Shown here one piece after another: positions 13,871-22,310 of a DNA stretch of 64,000 nucleotides. The stretch comes from Thermoanaerobaculia bacterium (GTDB lineage: Bacteria; Acidobacteriota; Thermoanaerobaculia; Multivoradales; UBA5704): positions 1-64,000 of the forward strand of contig JBGAGQ010000027.1 of NCBI GenBank assembly GCA_044226625.1, written 5' to 3'. A model generated the notes under the pieces. It was not told where the DNA came from. It searched no databases and saw only the letters and a program-made list of their open reading frames with translations. How positions within the stretch are numbered: position 1 is the stretch's first letter; each line of letters opens with the position of its first letter. A program made the translations under genes and the position numbers.

Positions 13871-14016
13871 GAGGGATGGGGAGCCTCGGTCCGACTGACC
13901 TGGGCCGACACTCCGGCCACTCCAGATATCTAGAGCCGAGGGTTGCTGCTTGGATTAGGATCCATGAAGGCTGATCAAGAGTCCAGGGTATCCAGAGAAA
14001 ACTCCAGAGTGGCGGA

Positions 14017-14451
14017 GTGAACATGCAACAGGCGATCCTTCACGTGGCCCTGGTCGTTCGAGACTACGACGAGGCGATCGAGTTCTACTGCGGGAAGCTA
14101 CGCTTCCGACTGATCGAGGACACCTACCAACCCGAGCAGGACAAGCGCTGGGTGCTCGTCGCTCCTCCCGGCTCCAGCGGGACCAGTCTCCTCTTGGCCC
14201 GCGCCTCGGCACCGGAGCAAGAGGCCTTCATCGGACACCAGGCGGGGGGACGCGTCTTCCTGTTTCTCGAGACGGATGATTTCTGGCGCGACTACCCTGC
14301 GATGTGTGACGCCGGCATTCGCTTCGTGAGAGAGCCCAAGACGGCTCCCTACGGAACCGTGGCGGTCTTCGAAGATCTTTACGGGAACCTTTGGGATCTG
14401 GTCGAGCTGAAAGCCGCGCGCCCGCTCGACGAGCCTCGAGGTCCGTCTTAG
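14017..14451 (+). CDS. VOC/glyoxalase family protein
   Basis: HVALVVRDYDEAIEFY ... PYGTVAVFEDLYGNLWDL. Confidence 0.92.
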   Translation: MNMQQAILHVALVVRDYDEAIEFYCGKLRFRLIEDTYQPEQDKRWVLVAPPGSSGTSLLLARASAPEQEAFIGHQAGGRVFLFLETDDFWRDYPAMCDAGIRFVREPKTAPYGTVAVFEDLYGNLWDLVELKAARPLDEPRGPS

Positions 14452-15278
14452 TCGGAGAGGAAGACCTCGGCCGTCGTCGCCGCCGTCACCGCCCGGTCGA
14501 GGTGGCGTCGCAGATCGACCCGATCGACGATCGCTTCGAGCGCGGTGCGGGCCGCGTCGTCGATTCGTAGGCCGCGGGCTTGAAGGACGGCGAGGATGGA
14601 TTCGCGCAAGGCTTGCTGTTGTCCCTCCTGCCTTCCTTCCTGCTTTCCCTCCTGCCTTCCTTCCCGCCTTCCCTCGTCCCGCCCCTCGCCGCGAATCTCG
14701 TCGAGATCCCGATAGCCCTGGCGCTGGAGCAGGTTGCGAAAGGTAACGGCGTGCGCGGCCTCGCGGTCGTAGAGGGCGTTCACGGGCACAGGGTTTTGCA
14801 AGATCCCTGGCGCGGTCAGCTCTTGGTCGGGACGCACGAGGCGCATCTCTTGCCCGCGCTCGTGAATCTCGACCCGGCGCGGTCCGGAAAGGCGAACGAC
14901 CCAGACCCACCGCGAGCCGGCGGCCAGAAGCTCGGAGATCTTCTGCGCCAGTTCCTTCTCGTCTTGGCCCGTATCGGCGTATTCCACCGCGAGCGGCGGC
15001 GCTCCCGCGACCCATCCCGGCAGGTTGGGCACGTTGCCGACCGCCACGTCCGGGGCGCGCAACGTGTCCGAAGAAGGGGAGTACCCGGCGTCGACGCCCG
15101 CCTCTTCGACCGCCGGGTCGGTGTCGAGCACCGAGCCTCCGAGAAGATTGGCGCGCGCGCCTCGCCCGCCCGTGGTCATGCATTGGACGGCATGGCCGTT
15201 AGACAGCTCATACGGATCGCCCGAGCGAATCTGGTCGGCGCGGAACGGGCCTTTGGAGGTGGGAAGATTCCTGGGCAC
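14448..15278 (-). CDS. Uma2/DUF820 family PD-(D/E)xK nuclease with C-terminal EGRxEG repeats
   Basis: YELSNG, RAPDVAV, PPLAVE, AGSRWVWVV; EGRDEGRREGRQEG tail. Confidence 0.85.
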   Translation of the reverse strand: MPRNLPTSKGPFRADQIRSGDPYELSNGHAVQCMTTGGRGARANLLGGSVLDTDPAVEEAGVDAGYSPSSDTLRAPDVAVGNVPNLPGWVAGAPPLAVEYADTGQDEKELAQKISELLAAGSRWVWVVRLSGPRRVEIHERGQEMRLVRPDQELTAPGILQNPVPVNALYDREAAHAVTFRNLLQRQGYRDLDEIRGEGRDEGRREGRQEGKQEGRQEGQQQALRESILAVLQARGLRIDDAARTALEAIVDRVDLRRHLDRAVTAATTAEVFLSD

Positions 15279-15471
15279 GGGACGAGTTTAGCAAGGAACC
15301 CGGAGTTGGGTGGGCTACAAGGGTTCCAGGGAAGCGGGTCTGGCGAATTCAGTCCGCGTTACGAAGCGCTCTCCGCGTCAATCGACGGTTGCCTCGCGAA
15401 GGAAGCACGTGCCCCGGATCGAGGGGGCTCCGGTCGATGGCTCTCCCGACCGGAGGCCCCGTGAGCCCCGA

Positions 15472-15645
15472 TCAGAGCTTGAGGCAGATCGGGTAGCGGG
15501 TGTGGCCTTGGCAGGGTCCCGTTTGGGTGATGGTGCAGTTCCAGCTCACGGGAAGCGGTACCGCGGCGCCGGCGCCGAGCTGGTCGGTTTCGAGGTTCCT
15601 CAGAGTTTCGCGGTGGAGGATGATCTTTCTCGGTTGCCGTTTCAT
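15472..15645 (-). CDS. Putative RiPP precursor peptide (lanthipeptide-like leader), 57 aa
   Basis: GGAGG RBS; leader MKRQPRKIILHRETLRNL; Cys/Thr/Ser-containing core (SWNCTITQTGPCQGHTRYPIC). Confidence 0.65.
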   Translation of the reverse strand: MKRQPRKIILHRETLRNLETDQLGAGAAVPLPVSWNCTITQTGPCQGHTRYPICLKL

Positions 15646-15807
15646 CGTTCGCCTCCGGTTGGTTGCTCCGGACTTCAGGTCCGGCGCCTTTGTGCTCCCG
15701 CCAAAGAAACGATGGAGGTCGGCGGATTCCCTCACGCCGAATCACAAGGGAGCCCTTGATTGGACCATGGAGCGCGGAACCTATTAAGAGGAAGAGACAT
15801 CGAGGAC

Positions 15808-15900
15808 CAACAACGGCCGGGTCTGGCCGTGGAGCTCCTGTGTCGCCGGGATCTGGCCGATGAACGGCTCGGTGTTGGCGCACAGGGTGACACAGCGTTG
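15808..15900 (-). pseudogene. Internally deleted duplicate of the 16827-17243 gene
   Basis: 15808-15821 equals 16778-16791 (caacaacggccggg), joined to a near-identical copy of ~17138-17216. Confidence 0.8.
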
Positions 15901-15943
15901 CGCGGACGACGAAGGCGAGAAGCAGAAGAGATAGAATCGAAAG

Positions 15944-16165
15944 ATGGCCACGTCCGGTAGGGAGCGGATCGCCGAAAGATTCCGAACCACCCTAGAGCTT
16001 TTTGAGCTGGGGGAGGCGATGCTTCGGCAGAAGCTCCGGCGGAAGCACCCTCTGGCGAGCGAGGCCGAAATCGAGGTCCACGTCCGGGAGTGGCTCGAAC
16101 GAAGGCCCGGAGCCGAGCACGGCGACGGTGTCGGCCGCCCGGTCGCGTGGCCTCGCCTTTCATGA
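15944..16165 (+). CDS. MenA1 (Rv0078B)-like antitoxin
   Basis: L.LFELGE.M.R..L.R..P.A...EIE...W...RPGAEHGD pattern as recalled for M. tuberculosis Rv0078B; stop overlaps the toxin start. Confidence 0.8.
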   Translation: MATSGRERIAERFRTTLELFELGEAMLRQKLRRKHPLASEAEIEVHVREWLERRPGAEHGDGVGRPVAWPRLS

Positions 16166-16749
16166 ACCCTTTGGCCGAAACTCTCGGTCGGATCGCCGCC
16201 GACCTTCGGAAGCTCGGGAAGTCCTGGTCTCTCATCGGTGGCTTGGCCGTCAGCGCGCGGGCTGAGCCCCGAACGACGCGAGATGTCGATCTCGCGGTCG
16301 CCGTGCCGGAGGACAAAGAGGCCGAGGCAGTCGTCTTCCGGCTCCAAACCCTCGGCTATGAGGTTCTCGCGGTCCTGGAACAGGAATCCACGAAGCGGCT
16401 GGCGACGGTGCGCCTCAGGCCGCCCAACGAACGAGAAGGCGGCGTCATCGTCGACCTTCTGTTCGCGTCCTCCGGAATCGAGCCTGAGATCACCCAGGCG
16501 GCGGAAGACTTGGACATCCTTCCAGGCCTCCGCGTACCGGTCGCGCGCATCGGCCACCTGATGGCCCTGAAGATCCTGGCGCGCAACGATCGCGATCGGC
16601 CGCAGGATCTCGACGATTTGAGAGCCCTGCTGCTGGAGGCCGAGCCGCAGGATATCGAGGAAGCGCGGAGCGCCATTCGGCTGATCGAGGAACGCGGCTA
16701 CCAGCGCGGCAAGCAACTCCTCGCGGATTTCGATCAGTTCGTCGGTTGA
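16162..16749 (+). CDS. MenT1 (Rv0078A)-like nucleotidyltransferase toxin (AbiEii/DUF1814 superfamily)
   Basis: LIGGLAVSARAEPRTTRDVD, VDLLFASSGIEPEI, HLMALKILAR..RPQDLDDL. Confidence 0.88.
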   Translation: MNPLAETLGRIAADLRKLGKSWSLIGGLAVSARAEPRTTRDVDLAVAVPEDKEAEAVVFRLQTLGYEVLAVLEQESTKRLATVRLRPPNEREGGVIVDLLFASSGIEPEITQAAEDLDILPGLRVPVARIGHLMALKILARNDRDRPQDLDDLRALLLEAEPQDIEEARSAIRLIEERGYQRGKQLLADFDQFVG

Positions 16750-16826
16750 GTTGCCGTCGGGCACGGGTGAGGCCAAGCAACAACGGCCGGGAGAGGAAGC
16801 CCCCTCTCCCGGCCTCGAACGCCGGA

Positions 16827-17243
16827 TCAGGCCTCGGCGTTCACGGACTTCGCTTCACCGCCTTGGGCAGCCTGCTGGGCCTGGGCTTCCGCCAGGGCCT
16901 TCGCGATGGCCTTCTTCGACGGACCCCGCTTGAGCCGCTCCACGGGCCGAATGCCCAGCTTCACCAGTTCCGGGTTTCGGCGTCCCAGAAAGGCTTTGAG
17001 GTGGGACTTGAGGTGAATCGCGTCCTCGCCGGTCTTCTCGACGAGATTGCGGCGCTGGATGGTCATGGCGTGGGCCTCGCCTTCCAGCTCCTGGATGCGA
17101 TCTGCCATTCGGACGATCTCCACGGTCGCGGCCTTGATCTGGCCGTGGAGCTCCTGGGCCGCCGGGATCTGGCCGATGAACGGCTCGGTGTTGGCGCACA
17201 GGGTGACCCAGCGTTGGTTCCTCTCAGCTAACGAGTTGGGCAT
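16827..17243 (-). CDS. Small helical hypothetical protein (paralog of 12320-12685)
   Basis: AAGGAGG RBS; 138 aa from MPNSLAE; LGRRNPELVKLGIRP motif, basic tail. Confidence 0.85.
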   Translation of the reverse strand: MPNSLAERNQRWVTLCANTEPFIGQIPAAQELHGQIKAATVEIVRMADRIQELEGEAHAMTIQRRNLVEKTGEDAIHLKSHLKAFLGRRNPELVKLGIRPVERLKRGPSKKAIAKALAEAQAQQAAQGGEAKSVNAEA

Positions 17244-17314
17244 TTCGCCCTCCTTTGGAATGACGTGCGGCCCGGAATGGGCTCGCACGGGTGAAACCTC
17301 TTTCGGCCGAGGCG

Positions 17315-17650
17315 GGGACGTCGATTCCCTCCACGGGGAACTCACTTCCCCCCGCAGGGAAGTCACTGCCCAGGCCAGGGAAGGCGCTTCCTCGTGCCGG
17401 GAACTCACTTCCCTCCACGGGGAACTCACTTCCCTGGGCAGGGAACTCACTGCCCAGGCCAGGGAACTCACTTCCTCGAGCAGGGAACTCACTTCCCTCC
17501 ACGGGGAACTCACTTCCCTGGGCAGGGAAGTCGCTGCCCAGGCCAGGGAACTCGATTCCCCGTGCAGGGAACTCAGTTCCCTGGGCAGGGAAGGCGATGC
17601 CCAGCCGAGGGAACTCGATTCCTCGTAGAGGGAGTCGCACTCCGGGCGCG
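17315..17650. repeat. 21-bp tandem array of 16 units, consensus GGGAActcacTTCCCtnnnca
   Basis: Units with an internal GGGAA-N5-TTCCC palindrome; 4-unit (84-bp) higher-order period. Confidence 0.93.
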
Positions 17651-18057
17651 AGGAGCCGACCGTCGCGGTCACGCACGCCCCCTCATTCGCCTGGGGGCCG
17701 GCTCCTGGCAGGCGGTTCCTCGCCTCGTTTCGTCCATGGTTGAACCTCCTTCTCGGCACTCTGAGGGGCTGAGATCAGCCCGACGAAGAAACAATAGGGG
17801 CCAAAATCCGAGAAGTCGAGCAAATCGGGCCAAAGTAGCGAAATTTCTCCGAAGGGAGGAAATCCGGCGTCCGGAACGGCAGCGAAACCGCCCTCCAGGC
17901 GGCCATGCGGGCGACCGGGAGGCCGCGCGTCGATCACCATTCGGCGATCTCTCCCGGCGGCGCTCGCCGGCGATCGGCGCGGGGACGCCGCAGACCCCCG
18001 GACGGGTCGCAGATCCTTCACGTCGAAACAGGGCGATGAGCGGACGGCTCGAATAGG

Positions 18058-18612
18058 ATGGCTGCGATGGCTACGACCGGTCAGCTGCGGATCGCGAACA
18101 GTGTCGGGACGTCCGTTCCACGTCGCCGGCCGGGCAAAGCGCCGAATGTTCTCGGGATCCATGCTTTGGCTCTGGCGCTGATCCTCTCTTCCTGCGGCCA
18201 GCCGACCGAGACGCAACGGACCGTGCATGAAGTGACGGGGGATCGGGCTCACCGAGTGGAGCAGATTTCCAAGCAGCTCGCCCGGAAACACGCGGTTCCG
18301 TCGCCCCTGCTCGACGCCCACCAGTTCGTGTTGCAGCTTGGCGACGGCGTTTTCGGGCCGTCCGACTATGTTTCGTACACGGCGATCGAAGTGGAGAAGG
18401 GTACGGTGGACCGCTGGACCGAGCTTCTGACTCCCTTGACCGAGGTGGCGGACTTCGCGGAGCCGACCGAACCTCGGCCCTGGTGGGTTTCGGCGGAAGA
18501 ATTCGGAAAGCTGACGTTCTATCGAGGACATCCCTTCGCCCCGTTCCTCCACGGTTGGATCGGAGTCGCGAGGGACCGGGGCCGCCTCTACATCTTCAGT
18601 TACAGCATCTGA
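18058..18612 (+). CDS. Putative lipoprotein, hypothetical
   Basis: Hydrophobic stretch ending LILSSC (lipobox-like); start uncertain. Confidence 0.55.
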   Translation: MAAMATTGQLRIANSVGTSVPRRRPGKAPNVLGIHALALALILSSCGQPTETQRTVHEVTGDRAHRVEQISKQLARKHAVPSPLLDAHQFVLQLGDGVFGPSDYVSYTAIEVEKGTVDRWTELLTPLTEVADFAEPTEPRPWWVSAEEFGKLTFYRGHPFAPFLHGWIGVARDRGRLYIFSYSI

Positions 18613-18677
18613 GATTCTTCAGGGAGAGACTCTTCGAGCAGATTCCTTCGGCGCAATGCTGAGAGACGAGCACCCCC

Positions 18678-19991
18678 TCAGCGGCTGTACGGGTACTCGT
18701 TCACCCAATGAAACCCGCGGTCGAGCAGCACCGTCTCCTTCGGCAGCGGCTTCAGGAGGACCTTCAGCCGGTCGCCGCCGACCCACGGGCCTTCCAGGGA
18801 GAGTTCGCGTTCCGGGGTACGGGTGAAGCGGAGGGTATAGGACTTCGGAGTTTCGCTGACGTCGGTCAGCGTCATCGTGCGGGCGATCGGGTTGGTTTCG
18901 ACGTCGAAATACTCGCGGGAATTGTCCAGATAGCGAACCAGCACGCCCGAGTTGCTGAACGTGGCAAGGCGCCATTGGGTCGTGTCGGTCGTCAGCGGCG
19001 GCGGAGCGACGTCGTTGCGGAGGAACTCCGCGACAGCGAAGCGGCCGTAGATGGCGGGCTTCCTGCCCCGCTGGCTCTTGGCCTCGAGGGCCTCGGCGAG
19101 GTTGCCGATCGATAGGTAGGCGCAGAAGGCGACCCAGGCGACCGTCCGGGCGATCGCGAGACCGCGCGGAGCCCAGCGCGGTGCCCACCGGGGGAACCGG
19201 CGGAGCGTCGGGGGCGGGGAGAGGTCGCGCGGCGCGACCGCGCGGTGGCGTACGAAGAGGTCGAACAGCCGGCCGAGGTCGGGGAGGAGCAGGTAGATCG
19301 CCATCGCGAGCAGATGGCCCGAGCCGATCTTGACCGGCACGTCGTAGCAGAAGTTGAGCGCGACGACGTTGGTCATCACCCCGGCTGCGACGAGCGCGCC
19401 GAGCATCGTCGTGCGGCGGAAGAAGAGCAGGAGCCCGCCGAGAATCTCCGTCGCGCCCGCGAACGCCGTGTACGCCGTCGAGGAGCCCATGAACGTCCAG
19501 AGCAACCCCATCGGCGACGACTCGGCGTAGGTCTGGAGAAGGCGATCGGGCCCGGGGACAGGAAACTGGAGCTGGATCACCTTCACCATGCCGTAGGACC
19601 AGAGCGAGGCGGCGAGAAAGAACCGAACGTAGACGTGGAGCGCGTCGTCGAGCCAGGGGTAGGCGGGCCGTTTCCGATCAAGCAACGAGAAGATCAGCGT
19701 CGCGGCCGCCGCGAGGATCACGATGCAAAGGAGCCGGATCCAGCGAAACGTCGTGTCGCCGCTGCCGTTCGTGACCGCGACCACCGGTTCGGCCAGATGG
19801 AGAGCGTGGGCGCCCACCCAAGGGACGAAGCGATCGACGAGCCCCTGATACCAGGACGCCACCCAGCCGGTTCCGGGAATCGATTCGAACGGAAACGGCA
19901 GGCAGTAGAGCAACCAATAGGCGAGCGCGAACCGAAAGGCGATCCGGCGGCCGAGGGGCCACTCGGGAGAAGCGGTGGAATCGAGGCTCAT
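18678..19991 (-). CDS. DoxX-like polytopic membrane protein
   Basis: NGSGDTT, YG..K...QF, SPMGLLWTFMG.S..Y..FAG..E, NFCYDVPVK. Confidence 0.8.
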   Translation of the reverse strand: MSLDSTASPEWPLGRRIAFRFALAYWLLYCLPFPFESIPGTGWVASWYQGLVDRFVPWVGAHALHLAEPVVAVTNGSGDTTFRWIRLLCIVILAAAATLIFSLLDRKRPAYPWLDDALHVYVRFFLAASLWSYGMVKVIQLQFPVPGPDRLLQTYAESSPMGLLWTFMGSSTAYTAFAGATEILGGLLLFFRRTTMLGALVAAGVMTNVVALNFCYDVPVKIGSGHLLAMAIYLLLPDLGRLFDLFVRHRAVAPRDLSPPPTLRRFPRWAPRWAPRGLAIARTVAWVAFCAYLSIGNLAEALEAKSQRGRKPAIYGRFAVAEFLRNDVAPPPLTTDTTQWRLATFSNSGVLVRYLDNSREYFDVETNPIARTMTLTDVSETPKSYTLRFTRTPERELSLEGPWVGGDRLKVLLKPLPKETVLLDRGFHWVNEYPYSR

Positions 19992-20157
19992 GGATCCTCC
20001 GGACTCTAACGGGCTCGCGTCGAAATTGTTCATCCGAGCCGCGCCAGCCGATATGGCGGATTCCGAGAGAGGACCGGATCAACCCGGGAAGGGCGCCCTC
20101 GCGGCGAAGGAGGGCGATACGAATCCGACGGCCGCCGCGGAGCGCCCGGGGTATTCC

Positions 20158-20406
20158 TCAGCCGCAGTAGAAGCACTCCCCCCATTCGACCTGGACGTCG
20201 CCGGAGGTGTCGCCGTAGCAGCCCCGGTTGCCGCTGCAGTCCTCGAAGCAGTAGCCGCCGTTCGAATAGTAATAGCTGTACTGAACCCCCCACATCGGCG
20301 TACACGCCAGCGCCGGCTCGGGGCTCGCGAGCTCGAAGGCCGGGGCGCCGAACATCAGAGCGAGGGCGATCAATCCACCGCGTAGAGACTTCTTCTCGAG
20401 ACTCAT
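20158..20406 (-). CDS. Small secreted Cys/Tyr-rich protein
   Basis: GAGGAGG RBS; signal peptide; six Cys in the mature part. Confidence 0.7.
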   Translation of the reverse strand: MSLEKKSLRGGLIALALMFGAPAFELASPEPALACTPMWGVQYSYYYSNGGYCFEDCSGNRGCYGDTSGDVQVEWGECFYCG

Positions 20407-20504
20407 GGGTGCATCCTCCTCAGAGACTCAACCCCTCGTGATCGGTGTTTCGAACGGCGTTCGGCAAAGTTGCCTCCCGCCGAAGGCTCGAACGGAGCGG
20501 AGGG

Positions 20505-20678
20505 CTACCGCCCGGTGTTGCAGCTCTCCGGGTTGTCGATGAAGCCGACGGACGGGTCTCCCGTTCCGCCTCCGCAGAAGACGGGTTGGGAGTAGTCGAA
20601 AGTTCCACCGTTCGCGATTCGCTCGAGTCCGCTCAGGGTTTCCTTCGAGAGGGAAAGCTTCTTCGCCTGCTTCTTCAT
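20505..20678 (-). CDS. Putative RiPP precursor peptide, 57 aa
   Basis: GAGGAG RBS; leader MKKQAKKLSLSKETLSGL...ANGG (double-Gly-like) followed by a core with 2 Cys. Confidence 0.65.
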   Translation of the reverse strand: MKKQAKKLSLSKETLSGLERIANGGTFDYSQPVFCGGGTGDPSVGFIDNPESCNTGR

Positions 20679-20947
20679 GCGCGTCTCCTCGCGTTTTCCT
20701 GGGCGGGTCGGCCCGCACAGGATCGGCTCGAGGCCGTTTCGGAGACCATCCAAGGCGAATTCCAGATGGGGTCCGCCCCTCAGGGGCAGAGGTCTCCGCC
20801 GCCTTAGGATGAGGCTCCGAACTCGTCATCGAGCTGCTAAAAGATGGAGTGCCCCGCGGAGGGTCGGCGGGACAGAACGCCTCGGGGTGGACGATGCTCA
20901 GAGAGGCACCGGCGCCCCGGACGCCCTGGCGCTATCATTCCGCGGCC

Positions 20948-21751
20948 ATGACTCCCACGCCTCACCTGGCGATCCTCGCCGCGCTCGAAGAGGAGCTCGA
21001 GAGCGTCCACGACCGGCTCGTGGATCCGATTCCCGAGCCCTTGGGTTCGTTCCAAGCCCTTCGCGGCCGCTTCGGCGGTTGCGACGTCGTCGTCGCGCGC
21101 ACGGGGATCGGCAAGGTGAGCGCCGCCCTCCACACCCAATCCATCCTCAGTCACTGTCGCCCTCGCGCCGTCCTCTTCACCGGGGTCGCGGGCTCTCTCG
21201 TGCCCTGGCTCAAGGTGGGGGATCTGGTGATCGGCACGCAGGCGATCCAGCACGACTACGATCTCACCGCGTTCGACCGGGCGCCCGGGTTCGTGCCGAT
21301 CGGGGCGGATCTCGAAAGCGGTACGCCTACCCTCTACGCCGAGGCGATGCGCGTCCTCGGCAAGCAGTCGGTCGAACGCCTCCAGGGGGTCGCCTACTTC
21401 GACACGAGCCCGGAGCTGCGGCGCCTCGCCTTCGAGGCCTACGACGAGCTGGCGAGCCGGCGCGAGATGCCCGCGGCGGTCGCCGGCACGATCGCCTCCG
21501 GCGACCGGTTCGTCGCCGACCCGGGCGAGCGGCGGCGGATCCAGCGCATGTTCGGCGCGCTCTGCGTCGAGATGGAAGGGGCCGCCGCGGCCCAGGTCTG
21601 CTACCTCGGCGGCGTTCCGTTCCTCCTGCTCCGGGCGATCTCCGACGAAGTGGAAGGCGCCGCTGCCCAGTCCTTCGACCGCTTCGCCCGCGAAGCGGCG
21701 GCGAGGAACGCCGAGCTGCTGGAAGGGGTGGCGCGGAACCTCGCCCCGTAG
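20948..21751 (+). CDS. mtnN: 5'-methylthioadenosine/S-adenosylhomocysteine nucleosidase
   Basis: TGIGKVSAA, FTGVAG, IASGDRFV, VEMEGAAAAQVC, RAISD. Confidence 0.92.
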   Translation: MTPTPHLAILAALEEELESVHDRLVDPIPEPLGSFQALRGRFGGCDVVVARTGIGKVSAALHTQSILSHCRPRAVLFTGVAGSLVPWLKVGDLVIGTQAIQHDYDLTAFDRAPGFVPIGADLESGTPTLYAEAMRVLGKQSVERLQGVAYFDTSPELRRLAFEAYDELASRREMPAAVAGTIASGDRFVADPGERRRIQRMFGALCVEMEGAAAAQVCYLGGVPFLLLRAISDEVEGAAAQSFDRFAREAAARNAELLEGVARNLAP

Positions 21752-21805
21752 CTCGCCGTCGCCGGTCGGTTTCTCACCGAGCGTTCGACCTGGAATTCCA
21801 GGCGC

Positions 21806-22120
21806 TCAGATGCAGATGCAGATTCTCGCGTTCACGCACAACTCCCCGTTGGCGGCGCACGCGGCGCAGAAGGCGGCGGAGCAGCCGGTGCCCGGAGGGG
21901 CTTGAGGGAGCCAGGCGGGGGGCTCGGCCGGGAGGATGAGGTCGGCTTGGGTTCCCGTGCTCTCCTGGATCGCGGTTGCGGTCGAGGGGGCGGTCCGGCA
22001 GGAGTCGAAGAGCGAGGCCGGGGCCGAAGGGGCCGCGGGGGCGGCCGAGGCGATACCGCAGATCAGTGCAAGCATGGCCGTGATCGAGACGAGCAGAACG
22101 GGTCGACGTTGGCGGTTCAT
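21806..22120 (-). CDS. Small secreted protein with a C-terminal six-Cys peptide
   Basis: GAGGAGG RBS; signal peptide, Pro/Ala-rich spacer, CSAAFCAACAANGELCVNARICICI. Confidence 0.7.
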   Translation of the reverse strand: MNRQRRPVLLVSITAMLALICGIASAAPAAPSAPASLFDSCRTAPSTATAIQESTGTQADLILPAEPPAWLPQAPPGTGCSAAFCAACAANGELCVNARICICI

Positions 22121-22310
22121 GAGTCCTCCTCGGGGGTGGTTCTCGAACGGAACATCCGTCCTATTTGAAGGAGTGCTCCCGGCGCTGCGGGTGGGACCCG
22201 AAGGGGGGCGGATCTCTTTCGGCCGAAAGTCACGTCCGAATCCGGCCGAAAGTCAGTTCCGCGAACGGGTCGGCCGCGGAGACGATGAGGGCTATCCCGG
22301 AGGAGCCCTC

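Noticed and set aside
14620-14700. 12-bp repeats in the Uma2 gene; also Thr-codon repeats at 26960-27080 and 9-bp repeats at 51343-51375
   Set aside because: Ordinary coding low-complexity repeats (EGRxEG, poly-Thr, TVA)
17315-17650. CRISPR array
   Set aside because: Units are directly tandem with only 6-nt recurring linkers; there are no unique spacers and no cas genes
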